Of a stretch of 64,000 bases of DNA, positions 1-12,940 are shown in pieces. This DNA is from Macrostomum lignano. Its lineage: Eukaryota. Location: contig NIVC01003151.1 in assembly GCA_002269645.1 (NCBI GenBank), positions 34,468 to 98,467 on the forward strand. The letters run 5' to 3'. How positions within the stretch are numbered: position 1 is the first letter of the stretch; every line of letters begins with the position of its first letter. The notes under the pieces are model-generated. The model was not told the DNA's origin. It made no database searches and saw only the letters and a list, made by a program, of their open reading frames with translations. The position numbers and the translations under genes are program-made.

Positions 1-476
1 CTTGCTTCTCTTTCCCCTCTTCTCATGCCTATCTTCTCCCCCCTCTCTCTTATTGTCATCATACTCTTATCTCTCCTATTATGTTCTATCTTTTCTCTTA
101 TTCTCTCTCTTGCCTTTCCTCTCTTTTCAAATTATCTATTCCTTCTTTCTACTCTCATCTGCCCCTTAGCCATGAGCTGGATTCTTAATCTGGCCTTTGA
201 GGTAAAAGTCTGCCTATCCTTGCTTAGAAAGCCAGTTTGTTGGACATAGTACTCTCATGGTTGTTTTCATGCTTTGATCATGTATCTTATCTTTCCTGCG
301 AATTTGCAACCTTGAAAGAAATTTGTGTATCTTTAGCTCCATTGCAGTCTGTATCAGTCTAAAAACCAAGAGAATATGCATTTCTTAGGCCATTAAAATT
401 TTTAAGTACCTTTTAAGAAAAACTTAAAATTTTTTGTTATGTGACTAATTTAGTAGGGTTGTATTGCATTACATAG

Positions 477-1263
477 GGCTCATTCCATATAAGATGAACA
501 TTTTTGGAAAATAGAAAAAAGTCAATATTTTTGCTTGCCATTGCCTTATCAGCCAATTTTTTTTACCAAATGTTTTATATGTGTAATATCTACAATCTAA
601 GAATAAATAAATGATAAAATGTTGGATTAGTATGTTATCAAGTGGCAAAAAGTCATTTTTGTAAAAATTTGGACATTTTTCTAAGCAAAAGACATCATTA
701 AGTTTGTGTACCTTTTAAGAATAAATAAAAAGCTTTGGAAGGTTGAAACAAACTATAGATAAAAGTATAGTACTTGCATCATCAGATAAAAGTATTGGTG
801 ACCAAATAATCTATTATATTTTTAATATATTGGTACCTCAAAGTTACTGAATTGATAGAAAAAATATGTTACGACCATAATGTTACGACCATAAGGCTGC
901 CTTTTCTTTTGTATCTTTGTTGCCTTTTGAGTTTATATATTCTACAAAAAGAGTATGATTACTGAAGATGTTGTTAGTCAAATTTAAAAAAATGTATTGC
1001 AAAATATCAAAAATAAAAAAATGTTATAAGACTTTTACCTTTTAGTTTCTATATGTCAAAAATCCTGTTGTTACGACCATAAGTGCCATTCAAGGTTTAA
1101 TAGCATCTATACTAATGATGATATCTACATGAAACTCTATAAAAATATTCTTGACAAAATTATCTTTCATTTAAATATTGGTTTAGTATATTCTATTATT
1201 ATATTTCATTTTATAAGTAAAAATAGTCTGTCATGTTACGACCGTGCTTATATGGAATGAGCC
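477..1263. mobile_element. Non-autonomous DNA transposon (TIR element)
   Basis: Perfect 17-bp TIRs: GGCTCATTCCATATAAG (477-493) and CTTATATGGAATGAGCC (1247-1263). ATAG flanks both ends (4-bp TSD). The AT-rich interior has four GTTACGACC motifs and no ORF. Confidence 0.7.
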
Positions 1264-3243
1264 ATAGGCTTTTCCTAAATCTTTCACTTTTACAAACCAT
1301 TTGCTTTCATAAACCATAAGCCTGCCCTTGACTTGCCACTTGCCATCTACTATTAAACTGCTACAGAGTTTGTCTATATAGAGGGCAGTTGCTAGAATTT
1401 ATCACTTCACTGTAATGGCTAAATGTAGCCTTTCCATGGGGGTGCAGAGAAGGCTATAAATAAAGCTATTCTAAAACACTGTATATTTGCTATGTACATT
1501 CAGCCCTGATGCCTTATCCTTGGTCTGGCTCTAGGAGAATAAGTGAATGAATGGCACAAACAACAGAAAAAGCAGACAAACTTCACATGCTTACAGTTTC
1601 TATTCTGATTGAGTTACAGAGTTAAATCTTCACATTTAGACAGAGAATAAATCAATGAAGAATTGCGTCAAGTTTGAAGTCAATTGCTTTACTTGGAGCA
1701 AACTTATGGCAGCTGAAAGTTTGTCAATCTTATAACCCCTTTTATACATCTGGGCCCAAATTGGGAAATAGAGATAGGCAAAGGTTGGGTGGCTACCTCA
1801 CTAACAAAAACAGCCTAACTTTAAAAGTGCATTGTGCCATTCAAGATTAACTTTAAGACTCAAAGTTTTACACAATTCTGTAAAAATATTTGAAGATTGT
1901 TTGTGTCAAATTTGAGAAAGATCGGTAGAACTTCAGCTGCACTATAAAGTATTGAGTGAAAAATCCTGCTTTTTAGCAGTTTTTTGCTTTTTTGAGTAGG
2001 AAGACTTGGACTTAGGAATTTTAAGGTAGCCTAAGACACTCTCTATAGTGAGTTAGGGTGAGTACAAAATTTGGTGTAATTTGTGTGAGCCTTTTGGGAG
2101 TCTATAGTGATCAGAATTGTAATAGACACATAGAGAGACAGAGTTCATTTTTATAGGTAGAGATATATATATATTAAATAGGCCCTTAGTTAATTTTATA
2201 AATTAGGTCTATATACTTACTTAAAAAGAACAAGAAGATATAATTTAAAACTTATTTCAATGCAAATAATTTTGCACAAATATATGTGCAACCTTTAAAA
2301 TTATATCAACTAGGCCTATACAACTTAGTTTTACAAGTTAACTAAAGGCAAAGTAAGAAATCTTCAATTTGATATCAAAATTTGTTAAAAGTTATTAATT
2401 TTGTAATTGTAGCAATTGTATGTGAATACCAAAATTTTTATTAATTATCAAAAAATAGTTTTAATAATATTAAGTCCTATAGGTTGACTAAAAGCTTTAA
2501 AACTACTAATTTGATTAAGCCATTTATACAATTGTAGATTTAGTTATGTGCTTTAATAAGCTGGCTAAAAATGTTTGGGTTTGAAAAATTGAAAGGGATT
2601 GCTAGATAATAGCTTGAATTTTGCCTTTGAGGTTTATGTCTATCATTTATATATGAAGTTTTCATTTTTAGAGATAGTGTTTTAGTATATGGGATATAAA
2701 TTTTTATAGTTAGATGATATATACTTAGTTTATTGGAAGTCAAAGGGCAAAATTGCACCTATGGCTATATCTGATGATGGAGATCTAAATATAAATTAAA
2801 AGTCAAGGTCAAATTACCTTAAAAATTCAGTTTTTGGTAATTTCAAGATTCAAAATTGTTTCTTAACCCAAAAATATAGTCATATATTCATAGACTATAA
2901 GTAGTATGAGGTGCCTTGCTTTTGGCATACCATGTAACATTGTACTTTGCCATATAAATTGAAAAAATATTGAATACCATTTTCAACTTATTTTAATAAG
3001 GCTGCAAGGAGCAGCTGAAGTTGAATTGGTCTAATCTATAATTCCAGCACTTCAGCTGATGCACTTTAACTTCGAATGATCAGTGGCATGGCAACAAAGG
3101 ACATTTTTTACCACTCCAGTCAACTGACCCTCCTGACAATTGACCATCTGGATCTGCCATGATGCCGCTACTTAAAGTAGTTAAATCTCCACAAAACATT
3201 GCAGCTTAAAGGCGCAGGGCTCACAACGCAGGACAACACAGCT

Positions 3244-6200
3244 ATGTCGGGCAACTCAGCTGCAGGCAATCAGCCTGATCGATCCCACCTGATGCTTCTT
3301 GCTGAGCTGCTGGTGTTCTCAATAGGCCTGTCTGGCTGCCTCATCATGCAGGTGGACCGCGTGCAGCCCAGCGCCTATATGGACGAAATCTTTCACGTGC
3401 CAATGGCGCAGAAATATTGCCAAGGGATTTACACCGAATGGGATCCGAAGATCACTACACCGCCGGGTTTGTACGCGATGTCCGCTGCTGTGCTGCGATT
3501 GGCTGGCAAGCTTACCGGCTCCTCCTCCACAGATACCAACTCGTTATGCAGCGTGTTCTTCCTACGACTGACCAACTTAGTGTACTTTCTAATCAGCTTC
3601 CTGTCTGTCTACGGCATTCTGTCGTCTCCGCGGCACTATGACGTCACAGGCGACAGCGGCGCCTTGCCGGAGCCTAGAGTTCGCGTGTTGAAATCGTTCA
3701 GCGTGTCGCTTCTGCCGGTGTCGTTCTTCTTTGTCAGCCTGTTCTACACCGACCAGGCCTCTACAGCCTGCCTCTTGGCGGCCTATTTCATGCAGCTCAA
3801 CGAGCACCGCCTGCTAGCTGGGTTGCTGGGCTGTCTGGCAGTGGCCTGCCGGCAGACCAACGCCGTTTGGCTGCTGTTCTTTCTGGGCATGGAGCTGGAC
3901 AGGGCCTGGGAGAACCGGCTGCGCGGCCTGGCCAAGCGGCGGGAGGAAGACGAGGGGAGCGAAGGTGAGCGACTGGCGTGGAGGCTTTTGGTTAAGAACC
4001 TTGCTTAAGTAGTTGAGTGAGATTCTGTGTAGGAGTTGAGTGAGATTCTGTGTCGGAGTTGAGTGAGATTCTGTGTAGGAGTTGAGTGAGATTCTGTGTC
4101 GGAGTTGAGTGAGATTCTGTGTCGGAGTTGAGTGAGATTCTGTGTAGGAGTTGAGTGAGATTCTGTGTCGGAGTTGAGTGAGATTCTGTGTCGGAGTTGA
4201 GTGAGATTCTGTGTCGGAGTTGAGTGAGATTCTGTGTCGGAGTTGAGTGAGATTCTGTGTCGGAGTTGAGTGAGATTCTGTGTCGGAGTTGAGTGAGATT
4301 CTGTGTCGGAGTTGAGTGAGATTCTGTGTCGGAGTTGAGTGAGATTCTGGTGGAGTTGAGTGAGATTCTGTGTCGGAGTTGAGTGAGATTCTGTGTCGGA
4401 GTTGAGTGAGATTCTGTGTCGGAGTTGAGTGAGATTCTGTGTAGGAGTTGAGTGAGATTCTGTGTCGGAGTTGAGTGAGATTCTGTGTCGGAGTTGAGTG
4501 AGATTCTGTGTCGGAGTTGAGTGAGATTCTGTGTCGGAGTTGAGTGAGATTCTGGTGGAGTTGAGTGAGATTCTGGTGGAGTTGAGTGAGATTGTGGTGG
4601 AGTTAAGTGAGATTCTGAGGTGTTTGAGTAAGATACTGGGGTGTTTAGGTGAGATTCTGGGGTGTTGAAGTGAGATTCTGGGGTGTATATGTGAGATTCT
4701 GGGGTGTATATGTGAGATTCTGGGGTGTATATGTGAGATTCTGGGGTGTTGAAGTGAGATTCTGGGGTGTTTAGGTGAGATTCTGGGGAATTTTATAGTG
4801 TGAATAACAATCCCAAATGTTATTAAATGTTAAACAAAGATTTTTTAATTTCCTGTCTTAACTTGTGTTTTATGACAAGATTTTGATCCCAATTAACAGT
4901 CTTGATTGTCTTGAAATTCCCTAAAACAAGTCCCGTATTTATTGGATTTTCCCTCAGCTGCCGCTCCGCCGCCGTCGCTATGGTCGGAGGCGTCGGCCAT
5001 ACTCGGCCACCCATTCCAGTTCTTTGTCACCGGCTGCCGAGTGGCTTTCCAATCCTGGCCTCTAGTAGCAGTCCTAGTCGCATTCGCTGTCCTTGTTCGC
5101 CTGAACGGCGGCGTAGCTCTGGGCGACCGGTCGGCTCACGAGGCCCGCCTGCACAGTCCGCAGGCTTTGTACTTTCTAGGCTTTTGTGTTGCTATGCACC
5201 CCGCCGCGGCGGCTCGGCTCGTCTGGGCGGCGGCGCGAGCGCCTAGCGCGATAAAAGCGCGCTGGATACGCGGAATGGCGCTACCAATTGTGGCGCTTAG
5301 CACGCTTGCCTGTCTAGCTGTCAGGTGAGTGGATAGAGATGTTTTAATTTTTGTGGCCAATTTTCAAAATATTCCACGATTAATGATGGGTCTGATTTTT
5401 TTCATAGATTTCATATATTTAATAAGGTTGGGTTCTGACTTCTGAGGCACTGGGGTGCTGAGGCAGTGGGGTGCTGAGGCAGTGAGGTGCTGAGGCAGTG
5501 GGGTGCTGAGGCAGTGAGGTGCTGAGGCAGTGGGGTGCTGAGGCAGTGGGGTGCTGAGGCACTAGGGTGCTGAGGCACTGGGGTGCTGAGGCACTGGGGT
5601 GCTGAGGCACTGGGGTGCTGAGGCACTGGGGTGCTGAGGCACTGGGGTGCTGAGGCACTGGGGTGCTGAGGCACTGGGGTGCTGAGGCACTGGGGTGAAA
5701 ATGCTGAGTTTTGCTACTGAGGAAAATCGAAGTGGGACAAGAAGCTTCAGATGATCAGCTGATAAATGAAATTTATCCATATATTGAATAATCCTATTTT
5801 AGTCTATGGCCAATGCCATGAACTCTATTATTAATACTTGGCCAACCCTGCACTCCCAGGTACCAAACCTACGAGCATCCCTACCTGCTAGCCGACAATC
5901 GCCACCTGACATTCTATATTTGGCAGCGAGTATTCCAGCGCCATTGGCTAATCCGCTACCTGCTAATCCCGGCTTACACCGGCTCTCTGATAGTCTATTG
6001 GCAGTCCGTGCCCCGGTCCTGCCTGTTCCGCTTGGCGCTGCTCGGCTGCAGCGCCCTGGCCCTCGTGCCGGCCTCTCTAATAGAGCCTCGCTATTTCATC
6101 GCTCCCTGGTTGCTATGGAGACTAAGCGCTGTCAGGCACGACAGTCGGCGCTGGTTGCTGGCCGAGGCGGCTTATTTTGCCGCGGTCAATGCCGCGGTTT

Positions 6201-6268
6201 ACTGGCTGTTCCTGAGGCGGCCGTTTCTCTGGCCTGGGGTGCCCGAGGAGCAGCGGTTTGTCTGGTAG
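3244..6268 (+). CDS. ALG10: Dol-P-Glc:Glc2Man9GlcNAc2-PP-Dol alpha-1,2-glucosyltransferase (ALG10/DIE2)
   Basis: Exons 3244-3964, 4958-5324, 5860-6268 with GT-AG and consistent phases (1, 2). Motifs YMDEIFH, FYTD, CRQTN, GDRSAHEA, HPYLLADNRH, EPRYF and C-terminal QRFVW*. The start could alternatively be the Met of MLLAELL. Confidence 0.93.
4010..4790 (+). repeat. 23-bp minisatellite in ALG10 intron 1
   Basis: Tandem GGAGTTGAGTGAGATTCTGTGT(C/A), degenerating towards the 3' end. Confidence 0.95.
5441..5696 (+). repeat. 16-bp minisatellite in ALG10 intron 2
   Basis: Tandem CTGAGGCA(C/G)TGGGGTG. Confidence 0.95.
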
Positions 6269-6415
6269 CCGGAATTGGGGGCCTGATTGCGATTTTAAAT
6301 TTTCTATTAGCGAGATGAGAAGTTTTCCTGGCCATATAACAGATTTGAAATTTTTTTGAATTAAATATTCATGTTAGAATGAGCTCCCTTAATCCCTGTC
6401 ATCAATAAACTCAAC

Positions 6416-6480
6416 TGAGTCATGGCATCTCAGCACTTCCCCATTGAGTCATGGCATCTCAGCACCTCCCCATTGAGCCT
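6416..6480 (+). repeat. 29-bp repeat, short array (same family as 48860-49042)
   Basis: GAGTCATGGCATCTCAGCAC(T/C)TCCCCATT about 2 copies, just after an AATAAA at about 6404. Confidence 0.75.
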
Positions 6481-7129
6481 CTGCATCACAGAAACTCTCT
6501 ATTGGGCCTTATGAAGTTCAGGCTTCAGACTTAAGCTCAACAAATGCAACCTTCAATGTAGTGCAGTGCGCCAAGTTCCTCGCCGGATAATACATTTTAA
6601 AACAAGATTTTACCATGAATTAATTTTGACCATTTTTTAAGATGTTTTGCGTTCTTTTATAGAAAAAATGTTACTAAAAATTTGGTCAGTTGGGTTCTGT
6701 CTGTGTTGTAGGTGATGTTCCAGTGGTCTGCTACTAAATTATAGTGAAATATTTAGTTATATCTTTGAGAAAATTCATCCCATCAGCTCCTTAGCTGTTG
6801 TGCCCGTGAAAATCGCATTCAGTCACTTGTTAATATCATTATTTTTTGTTTGAATCTAGGCATCTGTCTGTTAGTTTATTTATTGAAATATGCTGCTGGG
6901 CATTTTGCATTCTTTACTTCTCTATAACTTGTGCTCACCGACATTATGAATGTGCCTTTATCGGTGATGCGATTATAATGGCTGTCCTGGTGTTAGTGCT
7001 CCAGCAATGCTTAATTATTAATAAATGTCTGCATTAAATAAATGGTGTACCTGTTTTAGCCATAGTTTTAATCTGGTGTTCACCGCGACTCACATGTACT
7101 AATTTCAAGATCACTGTTATTTAGTAGAC

Positions 7130-7795
7130 ACCATTCACTATCTAATAAATTGGCATTCACTATCCAAGGAATCGCCATTCACTAAGGAATCGCCATTCAC
7201 TATCTAAGGAATCGCCATTCACTACCTATAAGGAATCGCCATTCACTAAGGAATCGCCATTCACTATCTATAAGGAATCGCCATTCACTAAGGAATCGCA
7301 ATTCACTATCTATAAGGAATCGCCATTCACTAAGGAATCGCCATTCACTATCTATAAGGAATCGCCATTCACTAAGGAATCGCAATTCACTATCTATAAG
7401 GAATCGCCATTCACTATCTAAGGAATCGCCATTCACTATCTATAAGGAATTGCCATTCACTATCTAAGGAATCGCCATTCACTATCTATAAGGAATCGCC
7501 ATTCACTATCTATAAGAAATCGCCATTCACTAAGGAATCGCCATTCACTATCTATAAGGAATCGCCATTCACTATCTAAGGAATCGCCATTCACTATCTA
7601 TAAGGAATTTCCATTCACTATCTATAAGGAATCGCCATTCACTATCTATAAGAAATCGCCATTCACTAAGGAATCGCCATTCACTATCTATAAGGAATCG
7701 CCATTCACTATCTAAGGAATCGCCATTCACTATCTATAAGGAATTTCCATTCACTATCTAAGGAATTGCCATTCACTATCTAAGGAATTGGCATT
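7130..7795 (+). repeat. 18-24-bp minisatellite upstream of DDX55 ATG
   Basis: Tandem AGGAATCGCCATTCACTA(TCTA)(TA). Shares an AATCGCC(A/C)TTCAC core with 27830-28190. Confidence 0.95.
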
Positions 7796-7834
7796 CGCTA
7801 TTAAAAGAAATCGCTATACCTCATTATCTTTTGC

Positions 7835-10800
7835 ATGCAGGAGCAGCAATCGCAGCAGCCCCTCCCTCAGCCAAGCGGCTGGCAGCTGGACAGAGTCGAG
7901 CTGTCCCCAGCTGCTCAATCCGCTATCGCGGCTCTTGGCTTCGCTGCACCAACCCCAGTCCAGCGAGCCTGCATCCCGCTGCTGCTCAGCAACAAGGATG
8001 TAGCGGCGGAGGCTGTGACGGGGTCGGGCAAAACCCTGGCTTACCTGTTGCCGGCTCTGGAGCTGCTGTCCCGCCGGCCGGAGCCTTGGGGCCGCGGAGA
8101 AACCGGCGCCGTGATTGTGGCGCCGACAGCTGAGCTGGCCAGGCAGGTGAGCGGAGTGCTGGCTTTCCTGATGCCGCACTATGAGCGGCATCGCCAGCCC
8201 GGCAGCTGGGGCCAGCTGCTGCTCACTAGGGGCTGCTCGCAGGCTGAGATTGATGCGGCTCTGGCTAAGGTGAGTACTATGAGGCTGGGATAATGCTAAA
8301 ACTCCCAATATGCCAAGATCTCTAGGCCTTGTGTCATGACTCACAAGACTCTAGTTCTATAATCTTAGTCAAATAATTAAATTCCACTATTCCCAAGATC
8401 ACCATTCCCAAGATCATCGGTCCCCAGATCCTCAATCCCAAGATCCCCATTCCCAAGATCCCCATTCCCAAGATCCCCATTTCCCAGATTCCCACTCCCC
8501 AGATCCCCACTCTCAAGATCCCCATTCCCAAGATCCATATTACCAAGATCCCTATTCCCAAAATCCTCATTCCCAAGATCCCATTCTCAAGATCCCTATT
8601 CTTAAGGTCCCTATTCTCAAGATCCCTATTCCCAAGATTCCAGTCCCAAGATGCCCTTTCCCAAGATCCAGCTATTCCCAAGATCCATATTCCCAAGATC
8701 CCTATTCATAAGATCCCATTCCCATCCATATTCCCAAGATGCCCTTTCCCAAGATCCAGCCATTCCCAAGATCCAGCCATTCCCAAGATCCATATTCCCA
8801 AGATCCCTATTCCCAAGATCCCTATTCCCAAGATCCCTATTCCCAAGATCCCATTCCCAAAATCCATATTCCCAAGATCCCATTCCCAAAATCCATATTC
8901 CCAAGATGCCCATTCCCAAGATCCAGCCATTCCCAAGATCCAGCCATTCCCAAGATCCCTATTCCCAAGATCCCTATTCCCAAGATCCCTATTCCCAAGA
9001 TGCCTATTCCCAAGATCCCTATTCCCAAGATCCCATTCCCAAAATCCATATTCCCAAGATGCCCATTCCCAAGATCCTCAAAGCCTTGGCCTCCCCCAAA
9101 CACGCAGGGCGCCACCCTAGTCGTAGCCACCCCGCGCCGTCTCAGCGACCTGTTGGAGTCGAGCTGCTCAACCGGCGAGCGGCTTTGCTCGGCTCTGCGC
9201 TCGGTGGAGCTGCTGGTGCTGGACGAAGCGGACCGGCTGCTGCAGCAGGGCTTCCGCCCGGCCCTGGACGCCCTGCTGTCCCGCCTGCCGAAGCAGCGCC
9301 GCACGGGGCTGTTCAGCGCTACGCAGACTCGCGAGCTGGAGCAGCTGGTGCGGGCCGGCCTGCGCAACCCGGTGTCGGTGCGGGTGACAGAGAAGCTGGC
9401 CAGGGTGCCGGCCGGCCTCACCAACCTCTACTGCGAGATTGCGGCCGATAAGAAACTGGACTTCCTGTGCACCTTTTTGATGGAGCATGCCGCTGAGCAG
9501 AAGGTTAATTAGAGCTCCGTGTCACTGGCGATGATGTCTGGGATTTAAATTAGTCTTTCGAAGATATTGGGATATGGGGATTTTAGTTGGGATATGAGGA
9601 TTCCAGTTGGGATATGGGGATTTCAGTTAGATATTGGGGATTTCAGTTGGATATTGGGGATTTCAGTTGGGATATGGGGATTTCAGTTGGATATTGGGGA
9701 TTTCAGTTGGATATTGGGGATTTCAGTTGGGATATGGGGATTTCAGTTGGATATTGGGGATTTCAGTTGGATATTGGGGATTTCAGTTGGGATATGGGGA
9801 TTTCAGTTGGATATTGGGGATTTCAGTTGGGATATGGGGATTTTAGTTGGGATATGAGGATTTCAGTTGGGATATGAGGATTACAGTTGGGATATGAGGA
9901 TTTCAGTTGGGATTTGGGGTTTTCAGTTAAGTTGTGGGGATTTCAGTTAAGTTATGGTGATTTCAGTTGGAATATGGGGATTTCAGTTGGGATATGGGGA
10001 TTTCAGTTGGGATATGGGGATTTTAGTCGGGATATGAGGATTTCAGTTGGGATATGAGGATTTCAGTTGGGATATGAGGATTTCAGTTGGGATATGAGGA
10101 TTTCAGTTGGGATTTGGGGTTTTCAGTTAAGTTATGGTGATTTCAGTTGGAATATGGGGATTTAAGTTGGGATATGGGGATTTCAGTTGGGATATGGGGA
10201 TTTCAGTTGGGATATGGGGATTTTAGTCGGGATATGAGGATTTCAGTTGGGATATGAGGATTTCAGTTGGGATATGAGGATTTCAGTTGGGATATGAGGA
10301 TTTCAGTTGGGATATGAGGATTTCGGTTATGATATGAGGAATTCAGTTGGGATATGAGGATTTCAGTTGGGATATGAGGATTTCAGTTGGGATTTGGGGT
10401 TTTCAGTTAAGTTGTGGGGATTTCAGTTAAGTTATGGGGATTTTAGGTGAGTTTTGGGATTTGAGTAGATTGTTGGGATTTGGGAAAATTTTTGGGATTT
10501 GAGTAGATTTTTGGGATTAGAGTAACATCGCTGCCAATAATCTCCCGCAGGTGCTGGTATTCGTGGCCACCTGTGCCGTAGCGGACTACCTGGCCAAGGC
10601 GCTGCGCCAGCTCCGCCCCGACCTGCCGCCGCTGTCCGCCATCCACGGCCGGATGCGCAAGAAGCGCCGCTCCGTGTTCGCCGCCTTCGCCAGCTGCCGC
10701 TCCGGCGCCCTCGTCTGCACCGACGTCCTGGCTCGCGGCGTCGACTTGCCCGACGTTGCCTGGGTGCTGCAGCTGGACCCGCCCACCAGCGCCGAGCATT

Positions 10801-12274
10801 TCGTGCACCGCTGCGGCCGCACCGCCCGCATTGGCCGGCTGGGCCGGGCCATGCTGCTGCTGCAGCCGCACGAGCTGGAGTACGTGGAGTTCCTCAGGCT
10901 GAACCAGGGCGTTGCGGTGAGCAACTGGGGCTCGTCTCATGGCTGAGATCCGTCTCATGGCTGAGATCCATCTCATGAGTATAAGATTGGTCTCTATTGA
11001 GAGTGAGATTCGTCTCTATCTAGAGTGAGATTCGTCTCTATCTAGAGTGAGATTCGTCTCTATCTAGAGGGAGAATCATAGGGAGAATCATCTATCTAGA
11101 GTGAGATTTTTCTCTATCTAGTATTGAGATTCGTCTAGCTGTAGAAAGGCTTCATTAATGTGTCCGCTCGCATAGTTGCCTATTAGTTTGAGCTCAGCAG
11201 CAGTTAAATCTCTACCATTTCAACTCGTCCACCCGTCTCGTTTATCAGGTGGAGCGCCAGGAGCTACAGCAGGTGTACAACAGTCTGACAGACTTGGGCC
11301 CGCAGCTGCGCCAGCTGTGCAGTCGGGACCGCCTGCTGTGCGAGAAATCCGTCCGAGCTTTCGTGTCCTACGTGCAGTTCTACAGGAAGCACGAGTGCCG
11401 CCTGCTGTTCCGCCTGCGCGACCTCAACATCGGCCGGCTGGCCACGGCGTTCGGGCTGCTGCGCCTGCCCAGAATGCCCGAGCTGCGCAAGCTGGCCGTG
11501 ACCGACTTCGACCCGGTCAAGGACGTCGACGTCGGGGCGATTCCGTATCTGGATCGGAGCGTTCGGCGGCAGCGGGCGAAGCAGGAGCAGCTGCGGCAGG
11601 TGCGTGCAAATCCCTTTCCATTCATATTTTTGATTGCTAATCTTACATTTTATAATTCTTGATCCCAAATCCAATTATTTAACTTCTGTTACAAGATCTC
11701 ATTTTGTTATTTCAGATTCCAGATCCCGTTTTGTAATTTCTGATCCCAGGTCCCATTTCTTAAGTTCTGATTCCAGATCCCATTTCTTTTAATTTCTGAT
11801 CCCAGATCCTATTTAATTTGTGATCCGAGATCTCATTTCTTAATTTCTGATTCCAGATCCATTCACTAATTTCTGATCCCAGATCCCATTCACTAACTTT
11901 TGATCCCAGATCCCATTCACTAATTTCTGATCCCAGTCCCAGATCCCATTCTTGGTCACGTAGATTCCGAATTCCCAAATCCTCAGCCATAAATCACACC
12001 TGCTGTCCCCCAGGAGAAGCCCAAAAACGACCTGTCGGCGCTGCCCGCCTACCGCCGGCTGCGGATAGAACGGTGTCGAGAGCGCGAAGCGCGCGCCGCC
12101 AAACGAAAGCGCCGCGCGCCCGGCGGCAAAGAGGACGGCGCCGGCCTTGACGACGAAGACCTGGCCGAGTTGGAGCGCGATGTCGGACTGCTGAAGAAGC
12201 TGAGAAAAGGTCGCATCAGCACCGATCAGTTTGACGAGGCCTTCTGCCCGCGGGGGTCAGACGAGGACAACTGA
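7835..12274 (+). CDS. DDX55: DEAD-box RNA helicase DDX55/Spb4, about 602 aa
   Basis: Exons 7835-8269, 9108-9503, 10551-10916, 11249-11599, 12014-12274, all phase 0, GT-AG. Motifs NKDVAAEAVTGSGKT, LDEADRLL, LPKQRRTGLFSATQT, TDVLARGVD, HRCGRTARIG and C-terminal D-LLKKL. The ATG at 7835 overlaps an acceptor-like TTTTGCATGCAG. Confidence 0.93.
8385..9076 (+). repeat. 15-bp minisatellite in DDX55 intron 1
   Basis: Tandem CCC(A/T)TTCCCAAGAT(C/G). Confidence 0.95.
9565..10520 (+). repeat. 19-20-bp minisatellite in DDX55 intron 2
   Basis: Tandem GGGATTTCAGTTGG(G)ATAT(G/T)G. Confidence 0.95.
10935..11135 (+). repeat. Short about 23-bp repeats in DDX55 intron 3
   Basis: GAGTGAGATTCGTCTCTATCTA(GA) about 3-4 copies, plus CTCATGGCTGAGATCC x2. 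Confidence 0.8.
11660..11950 (+). repeat. Degenerate minisatellite in DDX55 intron 4
   Basis: Recurrent TTTCTGATCCCAGATCCCATT. Confidence 0.75.
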
Positions 12275-12940
12275 CTGAACTGGCCGGGTCGCTCATATTG
12301 CCAGCGCATTTTCTTACGCGTAAATAGAAAACTAATAACGCTACTATTAGTAGTAAAATAAAAAAAAGAAATTTTAACAATGGCTTGCGAGTTTGTTAGT
12401 TTATGAAGACAAAAAGGTTAAAAAATGTACGCGAGGTAAAAGACAGCAGTGCTTATTTTTATTCATTATTTTTATTACAGTACAAAGCAAAGCAGACCAC
12501 AGGTCGACACCAAGGCCATTCATTTATGCACACTACAGAATAACAGTTCGCGTTACATACAATACAGTACATTTATTTACTCTTGATGTGCGAGTAAACT
12601 TAACGAAGTGGAATTGCGTTGCTACTGTAATGAAAGCGGAGTCAGTAGTTAAATATGTACATAATGTGTAAAGTACGTACGTGCCAGACGATAAAATAGT
12701 AGGGTACACTATTGAAGGCCAGGACCCCAGTCTGAATAAATGTAACAGTCACAGCAAATGAGAAAAACGGGTCACTGCATAAGCCAGAGGCAGCGAAATA
12801 GTCAATCAAGCACTGTGCAGCGCATTTTCATGTGAAGCTGTTTATTATACACCAATATTTAGCGGAGTCTTGAAGATCTAAACTCTCGGCGATGTGCAGT
12901 GCATACTACTAATTGGTAGCAAAAGTAGAACAGCGTATAT

